A DNA stretch of 48,176 bases from an uncultured Puniceicoccaceae bacterium. Lineage in GTDB: Bacteria > Verrucomicrobiota > Verrucomicrobiia > Opitutales > Coraliomargaritaceae. The notes under the pieces are model-generated. The model saw only the letters and a program-made list of their open reading frames with translations, had not been told where the DNA came from and ran no database searches. A program made the position numbers and the translations under genes. This document shows, one piece after another, positions 8,201 through 16,169 of this stretch; the stretch's first letter is position 1; each line of letters starts with the position of its first letter. The stretch is from positions 1-48,176 of the forward strand of contig CAJWRZ010000001.1 of NCBI GenBank assembly GCA_913045955.1, written 5' to 3'.

Positions 8201-9292
8201 TTAAAGTTTATTTAAAAGCGCCATCCAATGCTCTAAGGTCATCGTGTTAAATTGGATTGCAGCAGCTCTAGAGCGTGCTCCTAAAGAAGCTCTTTCCTCC
8301 GAGGTCATATCAATAAGCGATTGAATTGCTCGTATGAGATTCCTTTCATCTTTTAAGACGACAATATTCTCTCTTAAGGAATCCCACTGATTGATTCCTG
8401 AGTTTTCTGAAACGATAGTGGGTCGACCCCGAGCCATTGCTTCATAGGCGACTGAACCGAAAGTCTCTAATTTAGAGGGGAGGAGTAAACAATTAGAAGC
8501 ATCAATTATTTTAACTAACTCGCTTCGATTCACCCAGCCCGTAAAACGCACATTTGTCAGTTCAGTCGAGGATTCTTTAAGTGAACGCTTCAATGGACCA
8601 TCGCCTACAATAATGAATCTTATCTGCTTAAAGTGTTTCGCTGCATCAAGGATTAAGTCTATGTTTTTCTCTGCAGCCAAACGCCCCGCAAAGCAAACTT
8701 GCTCAAAAGCTTTAGGAGCATTATTAAGAGGCTCGCTGAAATGAAAATCAGGCAGTGGCGTTCCCATTACTTTATGTTTTTGGGCACCTAGTTGCTCAAC
8801 TTGAGGAATGAGCTTTTTGTTGTTGATGAGCGTATATTCGCTATGGCTACAAAAGAGTTTATTGATGAAGCTTAAGTAGAAATTAGCGAAAGACCGGTTC
8901 AAAGGATTCCAATAGATTTTGGTTAGCTGCTCAAAATCCGTATGAAAAGCACTGACAAATTTTAAGTTATTTCGCTTGGCATAAAGGTATCCGAGGATGC
9001 CAAAAGGCCCCGGGGTTATCGATATTACAATCTGAGGTTTTAGCTGTTTTAAACCTCTGTAGATTCTAAATAAGTTTGGCGTGATCAGTCTTTGTGAAGG
9101 GTCGCCGGGCATCGGTATCGAGAGCCAGTTCAATCGCACCTGTCTCCTTGGCTGGAAAATCGCCATGGATAGAGGGAAGGCAGATAGTTGCTTCAGAAGG
9201 TCAAAATAATAAGCCCCTGTCCCGTTTCTTTCAGGCAATGAATCGGAGAAGAAAGCAATCCTTGGTTTTTTGTGATGGGTGGGTGAAGTCAT
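8201..9292 (-). CDS. Glycosyltransferase family 4 (GT-B, retaining)
   Basis: The C-terminal block LPSKLETFGSVAYEAMARGRPTIVSENSG carries the E-x7-E region. 363 aa. Its start overlaps the sulfotransferase stop by 4 nt. Confidence 0.85.
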   Translation of the reverse strand: MTSPTHHKKPRIAFFSDSLPERNGTGAYYFDLLKQLSAFPLSMAIFQPRRQVRLNWLSIPMPGDPSQRLITPNLFRIYRGLKQLKPQIVISITPGPFGILGYLYAKRNNLKFVSAFHTDFEQLTKIYWNPLNRSFANFYLSFINKLFCSHSEYTLINNKKLIPQVEQLGAQKHKVMGTPLPDFHFSEPLNNAPKAFEQVCFAGRLAAEKNIDLILDAAKHFKQIRFIIVGDGPLKRSLKESSTELTNVRFTGWVNRSELVKIIDASNCLLLPSKLETFGSVAYEAMARGRPTIVSENSGINQWDSLRENIVVLKDERNLIRAIQSLIDMTSEERASLGARSRAAAIQFNTMTLEHWMALLNKL

Positions 9293-10434
9293 GATCCAAT
9301 CGAATCTTTTAGGATTAGCTGATAATTTTCAAATACAGAACCTGCAATTATGTCATTATTTACAGCAAAGTTATCATGTTGATGCTTACTTTTAGTATGA
9401 ATGGGTAGGGGTTCTTCACTTGTTCCTAAGCTTTGAATATCTAAATCCAATAATTCCATTGCTTCATTCAATGTGCTGTGGGGTTGATGTAGGAGTCTCT
9501 GCTGATCAATGATAACCCTTTGTTTAGGATCGGTGTTTTGGGTGAAGCTATAAATACTTTGAAAAGCATACTCCATCGACTCGAGTATAATTTTTTGGGT
9601 AGTGGCACCAGAGGGGTCAGTTCCAAAAACACTGCGCGCCGGTTTGAGTGAACTGAGCTGAGAACTCAGCGCACTCTTTGGCTCACGGATAGACAGTAAA
9701 AATTTTGCCTTAGGGAAAGCCTTTTTAATCTCGGGTAGCCAAGTTGAAAAAGCAGCATTTTTAGATAAAAAACAAGTATCAAGGCCGTGGAAATATAAGT
9801 GCCTTTGTATGTTTTCTTTGTAGAAGCCAATAATAGCTGTGCGCTCTTCCTGCGTAAAATTATCAAGTGAGGTGAGCTTTCTAAGTCCTTGGGATTTTGG
9901 GAAGGCAAAGAGCAATATAAAACAGGCTCCGATAGGTAAAAGTGTGAGGTAATCTTCTTCGGGCTCGTTCATCGCCACGCTGTGAATGTCATGGAAATTC
10001 CCTCCAATTTTTTTGATAGAAAAGTTTAAAGTCTTTTGAAAGGGACTTCCAAGGCACCCATCTAATTCAGATAGGAGGCGAAGGCATTTCTTTTGAAAAA
10101 TTGAGGGCGCAAGGATTGCCTCCCAGGTCGAAAAGGTCGTACACGCCATAGATTTTGAGAGGGTACGATGAATGTAAGTCGTTCCACTTCTTGGAATCCC
10201 GATTACAAATAGTGCCTTATCGCATGATTGTTGCTTAAATTTTCTGTAGAGAAGGTGATCAAGAAGGAAGCCAAGGCAATGGATGAGCTGGAGTACTGCG
10301 AAAGCCGGAAAGATAAAGACTAAGAATAAAACTCTATTCAGGCTGAACGGTCTTTGCTTTTTGCTGTTAAAACAGAAGGCTTCTAGGTAAGCAGGGAGGA
10401 ATAGCTTTAAGCTCCTTAATAAAAGAAATTGCAT
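9289..10434 (-). CDS. Membrane-anchored PAPS-dependent sulfotransferase
   Basis: The 5'-PSB loop is IGIPRSGTTYIHRTL and the 3'-PB-like block is SIREPKSALSSQ. One N-terminal hydrophobic helix (FLVFIFPAFAVLQLIHCLGFLL). Confidence 0.7.
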   Translation of the reverse strand: MQFLLLRSLKLFLPAYLEAFCFNSKKQRPFSLNRVLFLVFIFPAFAVLQLIHCLGFLLDHLLYRKFKQQSCDKALFVIGIPRSGTTYIHRTLSKSMACTTFSTWEAILAPSIFQKKCLRLLSELDGCLGSPFQKTLNFSIKKIGGNFHDIHSVAMNEPEEDYLTLLPIGACFILLFAFPKSQGLRKLTSLDNFTQEERTAIIGFYKENIQRHLYFHGLDTCFLSKNAAFSTWLPEIKKAFPKAKFLLSIREPKSALSSQLSSLKPARSVFGTDPSGATTQKIILESMEYAFQSIYSFTQNTDPKQRVIIDQQRLLHQPHSTLNEAMELLDLDIQSLGTSEEPLPIHTKSKHQHDNFAVNNDIIAGSVFENYQLILKDSIGS

Positions 10435-10437
10435 CGA

Positions 10438-10887
10438 TTATTTATTATCAAAAACAATTTTCTTTGAAAAGAAAAAGTTAAAGGACAACCCGGCAATGCC
10501 TCCAACCCATACGGCAATTAAGGGCATCAGTTCTTTGAGGGCTCCCTCTAGATTAAAGTTATTGGCTAATGAAATTGTGGTTAAAAATATGCCAATATTA
10601 AGGAAACTTCCAAGTCCATGAACCCCAAAGTGACGCATGACGGACGCCCATAAAGCACGGTTTACTTCAATATGATGAAAGGTGAAGTAGCGGTTCAGGG
10701 AATAACCTAAGAGCATTGATGAGGAAAGGGAGATTAATCGGCTTATCAAAGTATTAAGCCCGAGTTCCATCAGTAAATATAAAATAACTATATCAATCAG
10801 TGATCCCATTAAGCCTACGCCCGCAAACCTTAAAAACGTCGCGGTATCACTCGGGCTTTTTTGGAATTTTTGAAATAATTTTAGCAT
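10438..10887 (-). CDS. GtrA-family small membrane protein (polyprenyl-phosphate-sugar handling family)
   Basis: 149 aa with four hydrophobic segments. The N-terminal FLRFAGVGLMGSLIDIVILYLLM is typical of the GtrA family. Confidence 0.7.
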   Translation of the reverse strand: MLKLFQKFQKSPSDTATFLRFAGVGLMGSLIDIVILYLLMELGLNTLISRLISLSSSMLLGYSLNRYFTFHHIEVNRALWASVMRHFGVHGLGSFLNIGIFLTTISLANNFNLEGALKELMPLIAVWVGGIAGLSFNFFFSKKIVFDNK

Positions 10888-10911
10888 CCAGAAGTCGTCC
10901 TTTTGGGCAGA

Positions 10912-11481
10912 TTAGCTCCCGGGTTTTGTCGCTGTAATCTTTTCTAGGGCTGCCGGAAGGTTTTCTGGATCATAGGTTGGGAAATTAAGATTAGCTAAGC
11001 TATGATGGGGTATTTCAAAACTGGTACTGCCGTTGCTACGATCGACAATTACGCCAACGGCTACTGGATTAGCGCCCTGTGCTTTTAATTCCTTAATTGC
11101 TTCAAAGACTCTGCCTCCTTTTGTAATGACATCTTCAATAATTAATACTTTTTCATCGGGCTTAAACTTGAAGTTTCTTCTAAGTGCTAGCTGATCATTG
11201 ACTTTTTCGAGGAATACATAGCGTAAATCCATTTGCCGAGCGACCTCTTGCCCGATTACTAGTCCTCCCATGGCATTACCTACAACGGTGGTAGCCCCAT
11301 ATGATTTTAAGCTTCCTACGAGAATCTCTGCTAAACGAGTGACCTTATCTAAGTATTGGCATACCTGAGCGCACTGAAAAAAGTGTCCGCTTCGTAATCC
11401 AGAACGAAGGATAAAGTGACCTTCTAAGAGGGCGCCACTGTCTTTGAAGATTTCAATGATTTCAGTATCTAATTTAGACAT
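10912..11481 (-). CDS. pyrE: Orotate phosphoribosyltransferase
   Basis: GHFILRSGLRSGHFF N-terminal block and the PRPP-binding loop VLIIEDVITKGG. 189 aa. Confidence 0.85.
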   Translation of the reverse strand: MSKLDTEIIEIFKDSGALLEGHFILRSGLRSGHFFQCAQVCQYLDKVTRLAEILVGSLKSYGATTVVGNAMGGLVIGQEVARQMDLRYVFLEKVNDQLALRRNFKFKPDEKVLIIEDVITKGGRVFEAIKELKAQGANPVAVGVIVDRSNGSTSFEIPHHSLANLNFPTYDPENLPAALEKITATKPGS

Positions 11482-11630
11482 AATAACTTAGTTTTGTTGG
11501 CTGATTTGAGTGGTTGAGAGGCATAAATTGCCTGAGAAATTTGAGATATAATTCGATTAGAAAAGGGGATCAAGATACTGTGCTTGTTATTGTTTAAATT
11601 ATTTGATTTATATTCTTTTACTAGATTCTT

Positions 11631-12773
11631 ATGATCAATCTACTGCATCGCTACATTCTAAAAGAACTTCTTGTTTCTATCGGCATTTCTTTTGGTTTCT
11701 TTGTATTTTTGCTCATTTTGGGAAATGCGTTTCAAGATTTGTCAGAAATGCTAACTACTGGCAAGCTAGGCTTTCAACTATTTTGCCAATTATTATTACT
11801 GCTCATTCCTGCAGTTTCTATCTATGCAATACCTTTAGCAGTCTTATCCGGGACTCTAATTGCTTTCGGGCGCCTGTCTTCAGATTCTGAAATAACCGCC
11901 ATGAAGTCCGTAGGCATTAGCTTACACCAAATAGCTGCGCCAGTTTTCTTTATCGCCTTTATGGGTGTGTTAATCAGCGCAGTCGTGACCTTACAATTAG
12001 GGCCAAAATCAATTGCTACTTATAAGTCACTTATTGGGAAAGCCATTACGGAAAATCCCTTAGGTTTTATTCAAGAGAAGAAATTCATAAAAGATTTCCC
12101 GGGGTACATTATTTATTTAAACAATCGTGAAGATTCTAAATTAAAAGATTTATGGATTTGGGATTTGGATGACGAAAACCATGTTGAAGTATTTTTACGC
12201 TCAGAAAGCGGAGAACTGAAATACGACAATGATAACAATTCTATTATCCTTAACTTAGAAAATGGTAGTATAGAGCGCAGATCTATAACCGATAGTACAA
12301 TCAGTGTGGATAGCGCAAAGATACTTTTCTTCAAAGAATTGCCCGTAGAACTTCCCTTGTCGGATATATTTGGGGGAGATTCCTCCAAGCCGGTGAAGTA
12401 TAAGAATATGACATTTGCCCAATTAATGAAGGAACGTCAGGAAATTCTAGCTGAAGAAGCCAAGACAGGGCAACGTTTCTCAAAAAAACGCGGGCAGCTT
12501 CAATTATATATCCAACAAAATCTATCGCAGGCCTATTCTATCATTTCCATGGCTATTATTGCCATTCCTTTAGCGATTAGGGTTGGTCGTAAAGAGTCTT
12601 ATGTGAATGCAATGTTAGCTTTATTAATAGCCTTATTGTATCATTTTCTTTTCGTGTACATGTCTTGGTTTGATGGGATCCCTGGTTTGCGGTCCGATCT
12701 ACTGATATGGTTACCTAATATTATTTTTCAATCCATAGGCTTATGGCTGTTTGCAAAAGCAGTTAATCGCTGA
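11631..12773 (+). CDS. LptF/LptG-family LPS export permease
   Basis: N-terminal HRYILKELL signature, three TM segments, a periplasmic beta-jellyroll-sized insert, then three more TM segments. 380 aa. Confidence 0.8.
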   Translation: MINLLHRYILKELLVSIGISFGFFVFLLILGNAFQDLSEMLTTGKLGFQLFCQLLLLLIPAVSIYAIPLAVLSGTLIAFGRLSSDSEITAMKSVGISLHQIAAPVFFIAFMGVLISAVVTLQLGPKSIATYKSLIGKAITENPLGFIQEKKFIKDFPGYIIYLNNREDSKLKDLWIWDLDDENHVEVFLRSESGELKYDNDNNSIILNLENGSIERRSITDSTISVDSAKILFFKELPVELPLSDIFGGDSSKPVKYKNMTFAQLMKERQEILAEEAKTGQRFSKKRGQLQLYIQQNLSQAYSIISMAIIAIPLAIRVGRKESYVNAMLALLIALLYHFLFVYMSWFDGIPGLRSDLLIWLPNIIFQSIGLWLFAKAVNR

Positions 12774-12795
12774 CACTTTAAGTTAATCCTTAAAT

Positions 12796-14148
12796 ATGCA
12801 AATCCTGAAATATGAGTGTGACTTAACCGGTCATGATTTGGTCGATATTTTTTGCCGCAGGTCTTTTGGTTTTGCGCTCGATAGCACATTATCCTTAGAG
12901 GGCTTAGGCAATTGGAGCTTCTTTGGCTCGGATCCATTTCGCGTCATTGATGGATCAGAAGGAATGGAGCATTTCAGTCAGGTTATGCGAGAGTACAAGA
13001 CAGCCCAAACCAGCGACATTCCTTTTACGGGCGGAGCCGTCGGTTTTTTGAGCTATGACTACGGCCGGCAACTAGAATCTTTGCCGAATATTGCGACCGA
13101 TGATTTGTCGGTGCCCCCATTCTTATTCGGATTATACGATGGCGTGGTTGCCTTAAATCATCAAAGCAATGAAGTCTTTTTAATCGCTGCAGAGATAGTA
13201 CAGAAAGCTAAGCCTACCTTTGATCGGCTGAAAGAAATCATAACAGGTGAAGGTGAGGGTGAAGGTGAGGGTGAAGTCACAGGAAGCAAAAAGGCTCAAG
13301 GAAGTGCTGAAGCATTTAAGTTTAAAAACTGGAAATGGAATACCTCAGAAGCTGTCTTTTGCGATTCTGTTCGAGAAATACGTTCATGGATAGCCAAAGG
13401 AGATGTTTATCAGGTCAATCTTTCCCGGCGTAGAGATACTGAATTCGAAGGGGATATTGTGGCACTCTACCAAGCTTTGCGTAGCGGTAATCCTTCCCCC
13501 TATAGTGGGTTTTTTAATGCGGGTGACCTGCAGTTAATATCCACTTCTCCCGAGCAATTTATTCAGAAACGTGGGGAGGCTTTAGTGACGCGGCCGATTA
13601 AAGGAACCCGGCCTCGAGGGAAAGATTTCATAGAAGATCAGCAGCTGGCCCATGAACTAGAAATGTCGGAAAAGGATAAAGCTGAGTTATTGATGATTGT
13701 GGACCTAGAACGTAATGACATGGGTCGAATCGCCGAATATGGGAGTGTGTGTGCCGATAAAAAATTCACCATCGAATACTACCAAAGTGTGATGCATGCA
13801 ACGGCACAAGTTAAAGGAAAATTATCTCCTAAAAAAGATATCTTTGATGTGATCAATGCAATGTTTCCCGGGGGGTCGATAACGGGCGCACCCAAGATTC
13901 GCGCCATGGAGATTATTGAAAGCTTAGAGCCGAATAGGAGGGGTATCTATTGTGGCTCTTATGGCTATATAGGCTTTAATCAGGATGCAGAGTTGAATAT
14001 ATCTATTCGGACTTTGCAGCATGTCAGTGGGCACTTATACTATAATGTCGGCAGTGGGATTGTCTGGGATTCAGACCCGAAGGATGAATATCATGAAACG
14101 ATTGCAAAAGGCCGGGCCATTGAAGAAACTTTAGATCAATTATGCTGA
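12796..14148 (+). CDS. pabB: Aminodeoxychorismate synthase component I
   Basis: Chorismate-binding motifs TRPIKGTRPRG, LMIVDLERND, FPGGSITGAPKIRAMEII. Followed by pabC and folP. Confidence 0.85.
   Translation: MQILKYECDLTGHDLVDIFCRRSFGFALDSTLSLEGLGNWSFFGSDPFRVIDGSEGMEHFSQVMREYKTAQTSDIPFTGGAVGFLSYDYGRQLESLPNIATDDLSVPPFLFGLYDGVVALNHQSNEVFLIAAEIVQKAKPTFDRLKEIITGEGEGEGEGEVTGSKKAQGSAEAFKFKNWKWNTSEAVFCDSVREIRSWIAKGDVYQVNLSRRRDTEFEGDIVALYQALRSGNPSPYSGFFNAGDLQLISTSPEQFIQKRGEALVTRPIKGTRPRGKDFIEDQQLAHELEMSEKDKAELLMIVDLERNDMGRIAEYGSVCADKKFTIEYYQSVMHATAQVKGKLSPKKDIFDVINAMFPGGSITGAPKIRAMEIIESLEPNRRGIYCGSYGYIGFNQDAELNISIRTLQHVSGHLYYNVGSGIVWDSDPKDEYHETIAKGRAIEETLDQLC
13246..13275 (+). repeat. In-frame tandem repeat (ggtgaaggtgag x2.5) encoding GEGEGEGEGE inside pabB
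   Basis: Direct reading of the sequence: ggtgaaggtgagggtgaaggtgagggtgaa. Confidence 0.9.
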
Positions 14149-14972
14149 ATATTAAAGTCATTCATTCTGCCGAAAAGGTCTCTATCAATCCACAGGATTC
14201 GGGGTTCAGCCATGGCTTTGCTTTATTTGAAACTTTGTTAGTCGAGGGCGGGCAATTATTTTTCTGGGCACGACACTGGGAGCGACTTTTTAAGTCTGCG
14301 CAATTCTTGGAGTTAGATGTCTTTTTAATCGATCAAGAAGCCCTTGTTTTAGAGGCAATTATCGCATTAAATAAAACGCAGGGAGCTGCGCCTTACGCTT
14401 TGAAATTATCTCTGATGCCCTCATTGAAAGGCGCGACGCTTTATATTTATACTAGAGGATTAGAGGCTGAAAATCTGCCGATCCGGCTCTCATTAAATAC
14501 GGTTCATCCAATTAATGAGAAAGCGCCACTTGCCGGGCTTAAAACTCATAATTACATGGAAAATATTTGGCTCCTTAAAGAGGCTCGGGCTCAAGGTTTT
14601 GATGATTACTTGAGAATAGACACTCAGATGCGAATTTCTGAAACTTGTATTGGGAACATTTTCTTTGTTAGGGAGGGCCTTATAAAAACTCCTTCTACTG
14701 CCTCAGGAGTTTTGCCGGGTGTTATCCGATCGATAGTCTTGGAAAGTGAAATTGTTGAAGCTTGTGAAATTGTCGAAGAAGATCTAACAACAATGAGTGC
14801 CGCGTTTATGACCAATTCTTTAAGACATATAAGTCTTGTGAGTGAAATTAATACAAAAAAGGCTACGTTTAATTTTGAAAATACGCCGGCTAACCGCCGG
14901 CTGATCGATCAAATCGAAAGCCACTTGCTCGTCGCCCAAAAATCAGAATCCATTCAATTAAGTGTAGTATGA
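14142..14972 (+). CDS. pabC: Aminodeoxychorismate lyase (class IV aminotransferase fold)
   Basis: Class IV fold blocks (FETLLV.., GLKTHNY, GVLPGVIRS). It sits between pabB and folP with 7-nt and 4-nt overlaps. Confidence 0.7.
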   Translation: MLNIKVIHSAEKVSINPQDSGFSHGFALFETLLVEGGQLFFWARHWERLFKSAQFLELDVFLIDQEALVLEAIIALNKTQGAAPYALKLSLMPSLKGATLYIYTRGLEAENLPIRLSLNTVHPINEKAPLAGLKTHNYMENIWLLKEARAQGFDDYLRIDTQMRISETCIGNIFFVREGLIKTPSTASGVLPGVIRSIVLESEIVEACEIVEEDLTTMSAAFMTNSLRHISLVSEINTKKATFNFENTPANRRLIDQIESHLLVAQKSESIQLSVV

Positions 14973-15817
14973 GCATTCAATCAAAACGGATTTTTAAGAC
15001 CACAAGGAGGCCGCTCAGTTTGGGAAAAAAAACCCATATAGTAGGTATCTTGAATTTAACCCCCGACTCATTTTCTGATGGGGGTCAGTTTGAAGATTTA
15101 AAGGATGCCGAAGCCTTCTTTTGTGAAATGGCCCGTCAAGGTGCTTCGATTATTGATATTGGAGGAGAGTCTACGCGCCCTAATCATAAGCCTGTTTCTA
15201 TCGATGAGGAAATTAATCGAATTTTGCCTTTTTTAGAAATGATCCGAGGCAAGAGCGATTGTTTGATCTCAATTGATACTTCGAAGTCAGAAGTAGCTGA
15301 AGTCTGTCTTCAGGCAGGGGCTGACATCATCAATGATGTCTGGGGTGCTCAAAGAGACAAGCAAATGGCCCGTGTCATTGCTAAATATGATGCCGCCTGT
15401 ATCCTTATGCACAATCGTTCAGATACGAATAATTCAAAACTAGGTTTAATTAAGGATGTGATTCATTTTTTAGCAGAATCGATTTCAATAGTGACTGAAG
15501 CTGGAGTGGATCCTCAAGCCATATGTGTAGATCCTGGATTGGGCTTTGGTAAGTCCTTTGAAGATAATTGGACGATTATGAGAAATCTTGAAGCCTTGAA
15601 AGCACTTGCTGTGCCCGTTTTAATTGGGGCATCTCGAAAATCAATGATTGCTCAGCTACTGAATATTGATAAGCCTAAAGATAGAATTTTTGGAACATTA
15701 GGCACCACGGCCTTAGCCTCATCAAGCGGGGTTGATTTCATACGTGTGCATGATGTCAGCGAAAACATTCAATGCACAAAAGTTATAGATTATTGTAAAC
15801 GATATGAAGAAAACTAA
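14969..15817 (+). CDS. folP: Dihydropteroate synthase
   Basis: GILNLTPDSFSDGG, DIGGESTRP, DPGLGFGK, IGASRKS motifs. Confidence 0.9.
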   Translation: MSIQSKRIFKTTRRPLSLGKKTHIVGILNLTPDSFSDGGQFEDLKDAEAFFCEMARQGASIIDIGGESTRPNHKPVSIDEEINRILPFLEMIRGKSDCLISIDTSKSEVAEVCLQAGADIINDVWGAQRDKQMARVIAKYDAACILMHNRSDTNNSKLGLIKDVIHFLAESISIVTEAGVDPQAICVDPGLGFGKSFEDNWTIMRNLEALKALAVPVLIGASRKSMIAQLLNIDKPKDRIFGTLGTTALASSSGVDFIRVHDVSENIQCTKVIDYCKRYEEN

Positions 15818-16169
15818 GATTATTCTAAAAGAATTAGCCTTTTACGCGCGTCATGGATTGACCGAAGAAGAAGCAAAACTAGGGCAACGGTTTAAAGTAG
15901 ATATTGTGGTTGAACTGAACCCTCAAGCTACTGGAAATAACGATGTCGTTGGGGACACCGTTAATTACGTGGATATTTATGAAGTCGTGCAGGCAATCTT
16001 TGAAGGAGAGCGCTATAACTTTATTGAAACTTGTGCAGATTCTATTGCGTCCACTTTGATAGATAAATTTTCCTCAATTGATCAAGCGACGGTCACGGTA
16101 AAAAAACCATCGGTCCCCGTTGATTGCATCTGCGATTACTTTGCCGCGGAGGTTACGGTATGCCGCTGA
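15804..16169 (+). CDS. folB: Dihydroneopterin aldolase
   Basis: FYARHGLTEEEAKLGQRFKVD and TVNYVD blocks. 121 aa. Confidence 0.85.
   Translation: MKKTKIILKELAFYARHGLTEEEAKLGQRFKVDIVVELNPQATGNNDVVGDTVNYVDIYEVVQAIFEGERYNFIETCADSIASTLIDKFSSIDQATVTVKKPSVPVDCICDYFAAEVTVCR

Noticed and set aside
11603-11890. An alternative-frame 95-aa ORF overlapping the start of the LptF/G-type gene.
   Set aside because: The 11631 frame continues for 380 aa with the YILKELL signature and the expected topology. The 11603 frame has no motif.
16124-16159. The longer ORF-track start (MHLRLLCRGGYG...) for the HPPK-DHFR gene.
   Set aside because: The extra 12 codons lie inside folB and have no HPPK counterpart. ATG 16160 gives the canonical MPLNQVYIGLGSNLG N-terminus.
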